Assembly: GCF_013816785.1 (NCBI RefSeq)
Contig: NZ_JACDDV010000003.1
Location: 3,838-67,837, forward strand
Direction of reading: 5' to 3'
DNA length: 64,000 nucleotides
Source of the DNA: Sphingomonas sp.
Lineage (GTDB): Bacteria > Pseudomonadota > Alphaproteobacteria > Sphingomonadales > Sphingomonadaceae
Shown here: positions 19,901-28,822 of the stretch, piece by piece
Layout: every line of letters starts with the position of its first letter
Numbering within the stretch: the first letter of the stretch is position 1
Translations under genes and position numbers: made by a program
The notes under the pieces: model-generated
Seen by the model: only the letters and a program-made list of their open reading frames with translations
Database searches by the model: none
Told to the model about the DNA's origin: nothing

Positions 19901-20142
19901 TTGCCGGCATGGTGCCGATCGCCATCTCGCTGTCGGGTGACGGCAGCTGGCGCGCGCCGATGGGCGTCACCGTAATCGGCGGCCTGATCTTCTCGACCGC
20001 GTTGACGCTGCTGCTAGTGCCGGCCTTCTTCTCGATCGCAATCGATATCGAGAGCTGGATCGCGCGCAAGTTCGGCAAGTTCATCGACAATGGCGAGGTG
20101 CACAAGCCGATGGACGGCCCAATCCCGCAACCGGCGGAGTGA
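16981..20142 (+). CDS. efflux RND transporter permease (AcrB/HAE-type)
   Basis: 1053 aa with 12-TM, two-large-loop RND architecture and the conserved LVAGVLVDDAIVEIENI TM4 motif. Confidence 0.95.
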   Translation: MNFRNISSWCIKNPVPPIVLFIGLMLAGIVAFLQMDVNNNPDIDFPAAEVTISQPGAAPTEMENQITQKVEAAIRSVNGVDEINSSVREGSSTTFVQFEIGTPTDRAINDVRDAVAQIRGDLPDGILEPQINRVDISGDPILFVAAETTDMSLEQLSWYVDNSVSRRLLGVEGVAAVTREGGVDRQIRVILDPAALQAQGITAAQVNQQLRLTNMNGTGGRAEIAGSEQSVRVLGNAKDAYGLSQTNIIVPGGRTVRLADLGEVKDAYSEQRTIAKMNGRQVISFNVQRSKGASEVTAYDDAWKELHKIEKEDPRIHFAEIVNQVDYTKEQYKSAMEGLIEGAVLAVLVVFLFLRDFRATLISAIAIPLSAIPAFWFMNLMGITLNGLSLLAMSLVAGVLVDDAIVEIENIVRHMRMGKTAYQASMDAADEIGLAVVATTMAIVAVFLPVALMPGISGQFFKSFGYTVVISVLMSLFVARMITPLVAAYFLKSHGEQPHASGKSMARYLGLLNWSLDTSKAESYRARHRGFWRAVWSLTRDHRFYMVGAGIIAFIIQGVLFATLSMSFQPPLNLDFSSVRIGMPPGATLKQTEVVADRAATILEKDLAVDRVFQRVFVGAGNLNIVLKKDRKVTSTEFERGLTPQMSAIPDARVNFQSQGGGGPGSGGRDIVLYLGSDNPDLLAATANKISEEMATLPQLVAPRAMGDLVRPEITIKPRFDLAADLGVTTAALSQTIRIATLGDIAQNSAKFSLADRQVPITVSLPESARRDLSVLENLPVPTASGGSVALKSVAEIGFGAGPTTVQRTNQIRRLAVGADLAPGLVSGDVWPKINALTTVKNLPDGVQKLELGDSKWQAELLFYFAIALASGVLLVFAVLVLLYRRFLSPFVNMGSLLLAPLGAAVGLHLTFNPVSLPVLIGILMLFGIVAKNSILLVDFAVEMMGHGMAKNDAIYEAGHKRAQPIVMTTVAMVAGMVPIAISLSGDGSWRAPMGVTVIGGLIFSTALTLLLVPAFFSIAIDIESWIARKFGKFIDNGEVHKPMDGPIPQPAE

Positions 20143-20173
20143 CATCGCCCATCCGGAGGCTAGAGTGGCGGCG

Positions 20174-21442
20174 ATGAGCCCGCCGCTGCAACCGCCGGTC
20201 CTGACCCGCTTCAACCCGGCCCAGCCGGGGACCGCGGGGATGAAGCGCGCCGCGACCGGCCTGTTAGTGGTGATGGCGGCAATCTTCATCGCCGCCCGCG
20301 CGTTCGAACCGGCTTATCCCTGGCTCGCCTGGGTCAAGGCCTTTGCCGAAGCCGGAATGGTCGGCGGCCTGGCCGACTGGTTCGCGGTCACCGCGCTGTT
20401 CCGTCACCCGCTTGGCCTGCCGATTCCGCACACCGCGATCATCCCCCGTAACAAGGACCGTATCGGTCAGGCGCTGGCCAATTTCCTCAAGGAGAATTTC
20501 CTGATCGCGCCGGTGGTGGCGCGTCGGATGCGGAACATCGACATCGCCGGTGCGGCCGGCCGCTTCCTGCAGGCGCCGCAGGGCGAGGAAACCCGCATTC
20601 GCCGCGGCGCATCGCGGCTGATCGCCGACTTGTTCGAAAGTCTCGACGATGAGCGGCTTGGCGGCCTCGTCAAGAGCGCCATCGCCAATCGGCTGCGCAA
20701 GATGGAGGTGTCGCCGCTGCTCGGCCATGCGCTCGCCTCGGCGATCAACGAGGACCGCCATGTGCCGATGCTCGAGGCCGCGATCCGCTGGACGACGCGC
20801 GCGCTCGACGCCAACGAGGGGCTGATCCGCGAGATGGTGCACAAGCGCGCCAACTGGGTGCTCAAGCTCGCCGGGCTTGATGCCAAGCTGGCCGACGCGA
20901 TCGTCGACGGCCTGAGGAAGCTCAGCGCCGACATGCACACCGATCCGGCCCACCCGGTCCGCATCAAGATCGAGGAAGCGCTGGCGAGCCTCGCCAACGA
21001 CCTCCAGACCAAGCCCGAGACGCGCGAGCGGGTGGAAGCAATGAAGGTCGAGCTGCTCGACAACCAGTCGGTGTCGCTATGGCTCGACACGCTGTGGCAA
21101 AAGGCCCGCGAGGCGATGATCCGCGCCGCGCGCAACCCCGACGCGGCGATGGCCGGCAAATTGGGCGAGGTGCTCAGGTCGATGGGGCAGAATCTGGAAA
21201 AAGACGCCCGGATGAAGTCGGCGATCAACATGTTCGCCCGCCGCGCCGTCTCGGGCATGGCCGCCAGCTACGGCAGCTCGATCGTCAAGCTGGTCAGCGA
21301 GACGGTGCGCGGCTGGGACGCCCAGACCATTACCAACCGCCTGGAAAGCGCGGTCGGCCGCGACCTCCAATACATCCGCATCAACGGCACGCTGGTTGGC
21401 GGACTGGTCGGCCTGGTGCTTCACGCGCTCGACGGGCTGTGA
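20174..21442 (+). CDS. DUF445 domain membrane-associated protein
   Basis: ...[39 protein letters not shown]... is the typical DUF445 N-terminus. ATG 20174 is preferred; upstream candidates overlap the RND gene. Confidence 0.8.
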   Translation: MSPPLQPPVLTRFNPAQPGTAGMKRAATGLLVVMAAIFIAARAFEPAYPWLAWVKAFAEAGMVGGLADWFAVTALFRHPLGLPIPHTAIIPRNKDRIGQALANFLKENFLIAPVVARRMRNIDIAGAAGRFLQAPQGEETRIRRGASRLIADLFESLDDERLGGLVKSAIANRLRKMEVSPLLGHALASAINEDRHVPMLEAAIRWTTRALDANEGLIREMVHKRANWVLKLAGLDAKLADAIVDGLRKLSADMHTDPAHPVRIKIEEALASLANDLQTKPETRERVEAMKVELLDNQSVSLWLDTLWQKAREAMIRAARNPDAAMAGKLGEVLRSMGQNLEKDARMKSAINMFARRAVSGMAASYGSSIVKLVSETVRGWDAQTITNRLESAVGRDLQYIRINGTLVGGLVGLVLHALDGL

Positions 21443-22143
21443 GTGAGGAAGCCGACGCGCTGGCCGAAATGGCTCGAAACCGCGGGCTCAAGCTGGTTCG
21501 CTCACGCGTCAGGACGCCCGGCAAGCGAGCATTTGGGAAATTCGCCCTGGTTGACCCGTCGGGCAAGACCGTGCTCGGTGCGGGCGATAAGCATCCGACC
21601 GCCACGCGCGAGGAGGTCGAAGCTTATTTGCGCACCGCCACCGCGACCGGCTGGAGCGCCTCGCTGGGGGTCACGCCGTCGCGCCGGCGCAAGACGGCCA
21701 AGCCCAAGCCCGCGCCGCCTCCTGCGCCCGAACTCAAGGTGCGCGAAGCCAAGCCGGCCGACGCCGCCGCGCTGGTCAAGCTCATTGCTCTGCTCGACCA
21801 CCGCGTCACGGCCGCAGGGGTTAGGAAGCGCCTCGTCAACGCGGGCCTCCCGACGCTGGTTGCGGTGGAAGGCAAGGCGGTCGTCGGGCTGTGCGGCCTA
21901 CACCAGATGAGCGCCATCCACCGCGACCAGCCGGTCGGACGAATCACCATCCTGGTCGTTGCCGAGGCATGGCGGGGAAAGGGTATCGGCCGCCTGCTCC
22001 TCGAGACCGCCGAGCATAGGCTGATCGACGCGGGCTGCGGCCCGATCGAAATTACCAGCAACGACCGTCTGGCCGAAGCTCACGGCTTCTATCGGAAGAT
22101 GGATTACGAACAGACCAGCCGGAGGTTCGTCAAAACGCTTTGA
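21439..22143 (+). CDS. GNAT family N-acetyltransferase with ~90-aa N-terminal extension
   Basis: The C-terminal half carries the acetyl-CoA motif [19 protein letters not shown] 21439 overlaps the DUF445 stop (GTGA); an alternative ATG lies at 21469. Confidence 0.75.
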   Translation: MSEEADALAEMARNRGLKLVRSRVRTPGKRAFGKFALVDPSGKTVLGAGDKHPTATREEVEAYLRTATATGWSASLGVTPSRRRKTAKPKPAPPPAPELKVREAKPADAAALVKLIALLDHRVTAAGVRKRLVNAGLPTLVAVEGKAVVGLCGLHQMSAIHRDQPVGRITILVVAEAWRGKGIGRLLLETAEHRLIDAGCGPIEITSNDRLAEAHGFYRKMDYEQTSRRFVKTL

Positions 22144-22179
22144 CCCGCTTTCGTCAGGCAGACCGTCCCCCGGACGGTC

Positions 22180-23463
22180 TTAGCCTGCCGAAACCCGCTC
22201 AATGCTCGCGCCGACGCCCTGCAATTTCTCCTCGAGCCGCTCATAGCCTCGGTCGAGGTGATAGACGCGCAGCACTTCGGTCTCGCCCTCGGCGGCCAGT
22301 CCGGCGAGCACCAGGCTCATCGACGCGCGCAAATCGGTCGCCATGACCTGGGCCCCGGTCAGCCCTTCGACGCCGTGGACGATCGCCGAGCGACCGCGCA
22401 CGTCGACCTCGGCGCCCATCCGGCGCAGTTCCGGGACGTGCATGTAGCGGTTTTCGAAGATCGTTTCCTCGAGGAAGCTTTCGCCGCTCGCCAGCGCCAG
22501 CATCGCCATGAACTGCGCTTGCATGTCGGTCGGGAAGCCGGGATAGGGCGCGGTCGAGATGGCCAGCGGCTTCAATGGCTTGTCGGCGGTCACGCGCATG
22601 CCGTTGTCGGTCATCTCGATCATCAAACCCGCCGCCGCGAGCGCGTTGGTGATCGCCAGCATGTCCGACGGTTTGGCGCCAAGCAGTTCGATCGAGCCGC
22701 CGGTGATCCCCGCCGCGCAAGCGTAGCTGCCCGCCTCGATCCGGTCGGGCATGACCGAATAAGTACAACCATGGAGCCCCTCGACTCCATCGATAATCAG
22801 GTGCGACGAGCCGATACCCTCGATCTTGCCGCCCATCGCCACCAGCAGATTGCACAGGTCGACGATCTCGGGCTCGCGCGCGGCGTTGAACAATTGGCTG
22901 CGTCCAGTCGCCAGCACTGCGGCCATCAGCGCGTTTTCGGTCGCGCCGACCGACACCACCGGAAAACTGTAATCGCCGCCCGACAGGCGCCCCTTGAGGG
23001 CCGACGCTTTGACATAGCCAGCCGCCAGTTCGATTTCCGCGCCGAGACATTCGAGTGCCCTTAGATGTAGATCGATCGGCCGGTCGCCGATGGCGCAGCC
23101 GCCCGGCAGCGACACCGTCGCTTCGCCGGCCCGCGCCAGCATCGGACCCAACACCAGGATCGACGCGCGCATCTTGCGCACCATGTCATAGGGCGCGACA
23201 GTCGAGGCAATGTCCTTGGCCTCCAGCGTCATCTGCCGGCCGAACTCGCCTTTCTTGACGCCTTCAACCTTGGTCGAGACGCCGAGACCGTTGAGCAGGT
23301 GCGAAAAATTGTCGACATCGGCCAGCCGCGGCAGGTTGGCGAGCGTCAGCTTCTCGTCGGTCAGCAGTGCGCACGGCAGCAGCGCCAGCGCGCTGTTCTT
23401 CGCCCCCGAAATCGGGATCTGCCCCTCGAGGCGCTTGCCCCCAGTAATGCGAATGGAATCCAT
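22180..23463 (-). CDS. murA: UDP-N-acetylglucosamine 1-carboxyvinyltransferase
   Basis: 427 aa with [26 protein letters not shown] and active-site region [15 protein letters not shown]. Confidence 0.95.
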   Translation of the reverse strand: MDSIRITGGKRLEGQIPISGAKNSALALLPCALLTDEKLTLANLPRLADVDNFSHLLNGLGVSTKVEGVKKGEFGRQMTLEAKDIASTVAPYDMVRKMRASILVLGPMLARAGEATVSLPGGCAIGDRPIDLHLRALECLGAEIELAAGYVKASALKGRLSGGDYSFPVVSVGATENALMAAVLATGRSQLFNAAREPEIVDLCNLLVAMGGKIEGIGSSHLIIDGVEGLHGCTYSVMPDRIEAGSYACAAGITGGSIELLGAKPSDMLAITNALAAAGLMIEMTDNGMRVTADKPLKPLAISTAPYPGFPTDMQAQFMAMLALASGESFLEETIFENRYMHVPELRRMGAEVDVRGRSAIVHGVEGLTGAQVMATDLRASMSLVLAGLAAEGETEVLRVYHLDRGYERLEEKLQGVGASIERVSAG

Positions 23464-23528
23464 CGACGCGCTTTAGCGGCTGGCGGGGTACTGTAAATCC
23501 TCGCCCAGAGCGCGGAGGATATTTCAGG

Positions 23529-23942
23529 TCACGCTTTTTCCAGCGTGCATTGCAGCGGATGCTGATTTTCACGGGCGAAATCGATCACTTGGCTGACCTT
23601 GGTTTCCGCGACTTCGTAGGTAAACACGCCGCAGATCGCGAGGCCCTGCTGGTGGACCTGGAGCATGACTCGGGTCGCATCCTCGATGCTCATCGAGAAA
23701 TAGCGCTGCAGCACGAGCACGACGAATTCCATCGGCGTATAGTCGTCGTTGAGCATCAGTACTTTGTAATTGCTCGGCTTTTTTGTCCGCGGGCGAGTGC
23801 GCGTGACCACGCCGGTCTCGATCTCGTCGAGCCCGTCACCGCGTCCGGGCTCGTCGCCCGCCATCAGAATCACGTCGCTAATCATCTGCGCCCCACGATA
23901 TGGCATCGCGCCAACGCGCTGCAAGGCACTGCGGTCCGTCAT
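23529..23942 (-). CDS. clpS: ATP-dependent Clp protease adaptor
   Basis: Core [24 protein letters not shown]...[12 protein letters not shown]. The N-terminal start is uncertain because later ATGs are possible. Confidence 0.85.
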   Translation of the reverse strand: MTDRSALQRVGAMPYRGAQMISDVILMAGDEPGRGDGLDEIETGVVTRTRPRTKKPSNYKVLMLNDDYTPMEFVVLVLQRYFSMSIEDATRVMLQVHQQGLAICGVFTYEVAETKVSQVIDFARENQHPLQCTLEKA

Positions 23943-23955
23943 TCGTCCCGAAATG

Positions 23956-23994
23956 AAAAGCGGCCGCCCCCGACTCTACGCTGGGGACGGCCGC
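23956..23994 (-). terminator. rho-independent terminator of the phasin gene
   Basis: On the minus strand: GCGGCCGTCCCC-loop-GGGGGCGGCCGC followed by TTTTCATTT. It lies between the phasin stop (24027) and the clpS start (23942). Confidence 0.6.
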
Positions 23995-24026
23995 ACACTG
24001 GTTGCCCTCACGAGGAGGGGAGAAGT

Positions 24027-24797
24027 TTAGGCAACCAATTTGTTGACGCGCTCGGCGTTGATGCTGGCGCGATTCTGCAGCGGCTGCACGGCTTCGCCGG
24101 CAAGCTTGACGACGCGCTCGGTCAGCTTCGAGCTTTCCGCCACGATGCGGTCGAACGAGGCGCGGGCCAGTTCCGACTGGATCTGAAAGAACTCGGTCGG
24201 TGACTTGGCTTCGGCCAGCGTCTTGACCGCATCCGACGCCCGCTCAAGGCCCTGCTTGCTCGAGGCCAGGGCATCCTGACCGATCGCCTTGGCGCCGTTG
24301 GCGGCAATGCGGCCGGCTTCGACGATCGCGTCGACGTTCGCCTTGGCTAGATCGGTCATCTCTTCGGCGGTCTTCTGCGACTTGGCGACGAGCTGCTGGC
24401 TGCGCTCGCCGGCACCGGCGAACAGATTTTGGAACTTCTCGTTGCCGGGAAGCTGGAAGCCGGCGAACAGCGAGTTGAAATCATAAGCCATGGTGTTGAT
24501 CCTTTCGATGGGGGCCACGGTTGCGGCAATCGCCGCCTTCCGCGTGGCGCGAACGGTCTTGACCGCGCGCTTGTTGTTGTTCTTGACGGCAGCGACGATT
24601 TTCGCCGGAGCCTTGCGGGCGCGGCGGGTCCGCACCACCTTCTTGACCTTGGCAAGAGGCTTCGTCACCGCCGCGCGGTTAGTCGAGGCGGGCTTCGCAG
24701 CCGCCGCTTGAGTCGCTTCAATAGCGGCCTTGGCCGGCGCTGCGACGGCATCAACGGCCGCGTTCACACTGCTCTGGGTCTTCTTATCGTCTGCCAC
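24027..24797 (-). CDS. phasin family protein with N-terminal Ala/Lys-rich basic domain
   Basis: The C-terminal 150 aa (MAYDFNSLFAGFQ...QSELARASFDRIVAESSKLTE...) are phasin-like. The upstream in-frame AKP/KK-rich segment is included because GTG 24797 has AAGGAG 6 nt upstream. The remaining 275 upstream codons of the track ORF are antisense to gmk and are rejected. Confidence 0.8.
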   Translation of the reverse strand: MADDKKTQSSVNAAVDAVAAPAKAAIEATQAAAAKPASTNRAAVTKPLAKVKKVVRTRRARKAPAKIVAAVKNNNKRAVKTVRATRKAAIAATVAPIERINTMAYDFNSLFAGFQLPGNEKFQNLFAGAGERSQQLVAKSQKTAEEMTDLAKANVDAIVEAGRIAANGAKAIGQDALASSKQGLERASDAVKTLAEAKSPTEFFQIQSELARASFDRIVAESSKLTERVVKLAGEAVQPLQNRASINAERVNKLVA

Positions 24798-24923
24798 GTC
24801 AAACTCCTTATGTTGCAGTGCACAATAATAGATCGCGGCCGACATTTCAAGCGTTTTTGTGCGTTGCAGCATAAACTGACCGAGCTGCTTGACGGGTCGC
24901 GCCCAACGGGGGCAAGTGCGGCC

Positions 24924-25577
24924 ATGGCCGACCCGAGCAGCTCCCCCGATCCGCGCCGCCGCCGTGGCCTTTTGATCGTGCTGTCCTCGCCCTCCGGCGC
25001 CGGCAAGACGACCATCAGCCATATGCTGAGGGAAGCCGACCCGGAGATCACCATGTCGGTTTCCGCGACCACGCGGCCGATGCGACCGGGCGAGGTCGAT
25101 AAGGTAGACTATCATTTCGTCGACGATGCCGGTTTTCAGTCGATGATCGACGACGGCGATTTCGCCGAGTGGGCCTATGTCTTCGATCATCGCTACGGCA
25201 CGCCCAAGGCGCCGATCAAGGCCGCGCTCAAGGACGGCCGCGACATCTTGTTCGACATCGACTGGCAGGGAACCCAGCAGCTCGAGGCGGGCATGGGCGA
25301 GGATCTGGTCAGCATCTTCATCTTGCCGCCATCGATGAAGGAACTCGACCGCCGCCTCCATGCGCGCGGAACCGACCGCGATGACGTCATCGCCGAGCGC
25401 ATGCGCCGCGCCGCCAGCGAGATCGGCCATTGGGCCGAATATGATTATGTGCTGATCAACGAGGATATGGATCGCTGCCTCGCCGAAGTGGAGGCGATCG
25501 TAGCCGCCGAACGCTTGAAGCGCACGCGCCAGCCGGGCCTTGTCGCCTTCGTCCGAGAGTTGGTCGAGCGCCCCTAG
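24924..25577 (+). CDS. gmk: guanylate kinase
   Basis: P-loop SSPSGAGKTT, ...SATTRPMRPGEVDKVDYHFV.... ATG 24924. Confidence 0.95.
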   Translation: MADPSSSPDPRRRRGLLIVLSSPSGAGKTTISHMLREADPEITMSVSATTRPMRPGEVDKVDYHFVDDAGFQSMIDDGDFAEWAYVFDHRYGTPKAPIKAALKDGRDILFDIDWQGTQQLEAGMGEDLVSIFILPPSMKELDRRLHARGTDRDDVIAERMRRAASEIGHWAEYDYVLINEDMDRCLAEVEAIVAAERLKRTRQPGLVAFVRELVERP

Positions 25578-25578
25578 G

Positions 25579-26280
25579 CTATCGGGGCGAGTCGAGCAGC
25601 CGCAGGAAGCGCGCTCCGGCAAGAAAGTCGCGCCGCCGCGCTTCGAGCGCCGTTACGGCCTCGGCATCGGCGCCCCATTGCTCGGCCTGCCACCGCTCGT
25701 CTAGGCTGACCGCCCACCACGCGTCCTCCGGCGCTAAGGCCTTCTCATACACCGCCAGGGCGACGATCAAGGATCCGCTGATCGTGACCAGCGGAGACAG
25801 TCCGGCCAGGTTAAAAGCGGCCATCGTGCCGACTGCATCGCCCAGCCGAGCGACCGACGGCCCTGGCTGGGCAACATGCATGATCTCTTGTGAGGTCGCG
25901 AGCTCAGCCCCGAACCGCCGCTTCGCCCAATCGAGCAACGGATCCCATTCCTCCTCCTGCATCGTGACCAGAGATTTCGGCCGTTGTGCGCGATAACAGA
26001 GGAGGTCGCTTTCGCCATATTTGGCGAGTTCCGCCGCGAATCTTGCTGGATCAGGCGCGACTTGGTCGATCGCCGCATTAGAGAGCCCAGTTAGTGGCAT
26101 CGCACGCGGATCGACCGTTTCGCCGCTGGCGTTCCACTCCGAGGCGATCGCCTCGGCCAGCGCCCGGGTCGGCACGACCAGGTCGGCCCGCGCCGGCGTT
26201 TTCACCCGGCGCCCGTCGAGCATGATGGCATAGCCTTTCCCGGCCTCGACCACCTCGGCATTTTTCCAGAATCGCTTCAC
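25579..26280 (-). CDS. ATP12 family F1-ATPase assembly chaperone
   Basis: MKRFWKNAEV...GYAIMLDGRRVKTPA...LTGLSNAAID is the typical alphaproteobacterial ATP12 pattern. Confidence 0.85.
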   Translation of the reverse strand: MKRFWKNAEVVEAGKGYAIMLDGRRVKTPARADLVVPTRALAEAIASEWNASGETVDPRAMPLTGLSNAAIDQVAPDPARFAAELAKYGESDLLCYRAQRPKSLVTMQEEEWDPLLDWAKRRFGAELATSQEIMHVAQPGPSVARLGDAVGTMAAFNLAGLSPLVTISGSLIVALAVYEKALAPEDAWWAVSLDERWQAEQWGADAEAVTALEARRRDFLAGARFLRLLDSPR

Positions 26281-26510
26281 TTGCGCCTCGACGCGCGCCG
26301 CCTGACATGCGTCGCGAAAACGGCTTCCAGGGCGCCGGTGATGGCCAATATGCCGCCGAGCAGCGGCCAGCCGCCCGGTTTGAGAATGTCGCTGAAGGCA
26401 ATTGCAATTCCGCCTAGGAACAGGGCGAGGCCCATCAGCCGAATCGCCGTGAATGCCTTGAACTCCTGCCTGGCCCTCTCTTCGTCGCTCACCCGATCCT
26501 CCCGGTCCAT
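26277..26510 (-). CDS. small two-TM membrane protein, hypothetical
   Basis: 77 aa, two hydrophobic helices. Its stop overlaps the ATP12 start and it sits 4 nt after the rluC-type stop. No family recognised. Confidence 0.45.
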   Translation of the reverse strand: MDREDRVSDEERARQEFKAFTAIRLMGLALFLGGIAIAFSDILKPGGWPLLGGILAITGALEAVFATHVRRRASRRK

Positions 26511-26514
26511 CTGA

Positions 26515-27663
26515 TCATTTGCGCTTGGGTTTGCGCGATGTCGGCTTGGTCAATGGCGCACTTCCACGTGCCCGCCGCTCGCCCTTGCGGGCCTTGCGCG
26601 CCGACTTGGCCGCCGCCGCCACGCGCTTGGCCTTTGTCACCGGCGACTTGGCCGGATCGGGCGTGTCGAGCGGCATCATCTCGCCAGCGATCTGCTCAAA
26701 CCCGAGGGTCGCCAGGCTCTCGGCGAAATGCGCCGGCAGGTCGGCGGTGTAATCGATCGGCTTTCCGTCGAGACCCTCGACCTTCAGCCGCCGAGCATGG
26801 AGGTGCATCTTGCGGCTGATCCCGCCGGTCAGGAACGCTTCCGCCCCGCCATATTTGGCGTCGCCGACGATCGGATGGCCGATCGCCGCCATGTGCGCGC
26901 GCAGCTGATGCGTGCGCCCGGTCATCGGTTGGAGCTCGACCCAGGCGGCACGGTTGCCGGCGCGATCGATCAACCGATAGCGGGTTCGCGCGGGCAGGCC
27001 ATTCTCCTCATCGACGTGCATCTTTTCGCCGCCGGTCCCGGGCTGCTTGGCGAGCGGCGCATCGACCACGCCTTCGTCGAGCGACGGCACTCCGACGATC
27101 AGCGCCCAATAGACTTTGCGCGCGGTGCGGCCCGAAAATGCTTTCGCGAAATGCCCCGCCGCCCGCGCCGATCGCGCCACGAGAAGCACGCCGCTGGTGT
27201 CCTTGTCGAGGCGGTGGACCAGCTTGGGGCGGTGGCCCTGAGCGTCGGCAAGCCCGTCGAGCAGCCGGTCGATATGCTGCACGGTCTTGGTCCCGCCCTG
27301 CGTGGCGAGGCCCGGCGGCTTGTTGAGCATGAACCAGTCGCGGCCCTTGGCCATGACCATGTCCTGGACATAGGCGGCCTCATCATCGCTCAGCGGCTCG
27401 ACGACCCGCTGAGGCCGCGCGCCGGGGCCTTCCGCGAGCGTCGGCTCGGCCGGCGGCACGCGCAGCGTCTGCCCGGTCTGCAGCCGGTCACCGGGCGCGG
27501 CGCGCCTACCGTCGATGCGCACCTGCCCGGTCCGCGCCCAGCGAGACACGAGGTTGAAGCTGACGTCGGGCAAATGCCGCTTGAACCATCGGTCGAGGCG
27601 GATGCCGTCGTCGTCGTCGTCGACGCGAAACGTCCGGACATTGTCGGTGGGAGCCAGGGCCAT
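26515..27663 (-). CDS. RluA-family 23S rRNA pseudouridine synthase (RluC/D-type) with basic C-terminal tail
   Basis: S4 domain (IRLDRWFKRHLP...), catalytic HRLDKDTSGVLLVA, and a Lys/Arg-rich tail ...KAKRVAAAAKSARKARKGERRARG...RKPKRK. ATG 27663. Confidence 0.9.
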   Translation of the reverse strand: MALAPTDNVRTFRVDDDDDGIRLDRWFKRHLPDVSFNLVSRWARTGQVRIDGRRAAPGDRLQTGQTLRVPPAEPTLAEGPGARPQRVVEPLSDDEAAYVQDMVMAKGRDWFMLNKPPGLATQGGTKTVQHIDRLLDGLADAQGHRPKLVHRLDKDTSGVLLVARSARAAGHFAKAFSGRTARKVYWALIVGVPSLDEGVVDAPLAKQPGTGGEKMHVDEENGLPARTRYRLIDRAGNRAAWVELQPMTGRTHQLRAHMAAIGHPIVGDAKYGGAEAFLTGGISRKMHLHARRLKVEGLDGKPIDYTADLPAHFAESLATLGFEQIAGEMMPLDTPDPAKSPVTKAKRVAAAAKSARKARKGERRARGSAPLTKPTSRKPKRK

Positions 27664-27671
27664 GGCCGCCC

Positions 27672-28046
27672 TTAGCCGGAAGCCTGCTCGTCCGCCATTG
27701 CCCAATAATCCAATGTGCGGCGCTGCAGTTGCTTGATGAATCGCGCGGCCTTCGCCCCCTCCCACGGCCCCTTATAGCCATGCGCCGACCCGCCGCCAGC
27801 GACCCACCAGCCCTGCCCCGGCAGCCCATCCGACTGTCGCGCCACCAAGACCGCCAGCTCGGGCTCGCCACGATCTGCGGCCTCGGCGTCGACCGCGCCT
27901 AGCGTCTTGCACAAGGCGCGCATCTTGGGCCGGGAAAATCCGTACCCGAGCCGTTCGAGCAATTCCGAATAGGTCAGCCCATGCCCGGCCGATGCCGCCG
28001 CGACGAGATGCGCGCGGACCTCCTCTGGGTCCGAAATGCCGCTCAC
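27672..28046 (-). CDS. conserved hypothetical protein
   Basis: 124-aa ORF with normal coding composition, 8 nt upstream of the rluC-type gene. No family recognised with certainty. Confidence 0.55.
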   Translation of the reverse strand: MSGISDPEEVRAHLVAAASAGHGLTYSELLERLGYGFSRPKMRALCKTLGAVDAEAADRGEPELAVLVARQSDGLPGQGWWVAGGGSAHGYKGPWEGAKAARFIKQLQRRTLDYWAMADEQASG

Positions 28047-28070
28047 GTTGCTCCGCTCACGTTGGCCTGC

Positions 28071-28733
28071 TCACTTCGGCTGGTCGGCGACCGGGGTGAG
28101 TTCGAATACGTCGAGTCTGGCGCCGTTGTGCGGATAGGGGATCACCAGCCGCCACTTGAACGGAGCGATCCGCTCGAAGACGCCAGCCATATCGCGCTTG
28201 GGATCGTCGCCATAGGCACGCGCCTCCTCTTCGTTGCCGAGTGCCAGGCTGCCAAGGAAGATCAGGCGGCTGGGCAGATCGTCTTCCCACAATCGGCCGG
28301 CTGGCCGCTGGCTGCCAGTCTGCTTGACGATGGTGAATTGGTCGCCCTCGACCTGGATATAGCAGAAGAACGGCTGGAATTTCTGAAACGCCGGCCCCTT
28401 GCCGCCCTGCCGCCCCAGCGTGATCACGCGGCAACTGTAGCTCCCCGGGGTCGGCGCCGGGCGCGGAAGGGCCGCGTTGGGGTCGAGCAGCCTGCCTTCG
28501 GCCTTGACCCCATCGCGAAAGGCCGCTGCGCGCGCTTCGGTCAGCCCGCTAGACCAGGCAGCCGCGACCCGCCGGATACGGTTGAGGTCGGTGGGATTGG
28601 CGACCGCCTGCCAGATATCGGCCCTGGTGCGCTGCGCCGCGGTGACTACCGGCCGCGGCGCCTGCTTGGCCGGAAACACGCATCCAGCAAGGCCGCAGGC
28701 GCTCAGCAGGATGAAGGGCCGACAGGGTCTCAA
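28071..28733 (-). CDS. DUF4893-like lipoprotein
   Basis: TTG 28733 has GGAG 8 nt upstream and gives the leader MRPCRPFILLSAC (lipobox LSAC). The body ...GSYSCRVITLG...FFCYIQVEGD...GSLALGNE... resembles DUF4893. Confidence 0.7.
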   Translation of the reverse strand: MRPCRPFILLSACGLAGCVFPAKQAPRPVVTAAQRTRADIWQAVANPTDLNRIRRVAAAWSSGLTEARAAAFRDGVKAEGRLLDPNAALPRPAPTPGSYSCRVITLGRQGGKGPAFQKFQPFFCYIQVEGDQFTIVKQTGSQRPAGRLWEDDLPSRLIFLGSLALGNEEEARAYGDDPKRDMAGVFERIAPFKWRLVIPYPHNGARLDVFELTPVADQPK

Positions 28734-28822
28734 CGTCTCGACTCCTAAAAATGCAGGCCAGCTGCGCGCACCGTGACAAAGGCCGCGTCCGCTTTCAACC
28801 AACGATATCTTTGCCATGACGA

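Noticed and set aside
22155-22187. Hairpin CAGGC-AGACCGTCC-CCC-GGACGGTCT-TA-GCCTG between the GNAT and murA genes
   Set aside because: The stem is real, but it overlaps the murA stop codon and has no T-run on either side. It is not confidently a terminator.
24798-25622. Upstream 275 codons of the 531-aa minus-strand ORF containing the phasin
   Set aside because: It is antisense to gmk (clear P-loop homology on the plus strand). The phasin has a good RBS and GTG at 24797.
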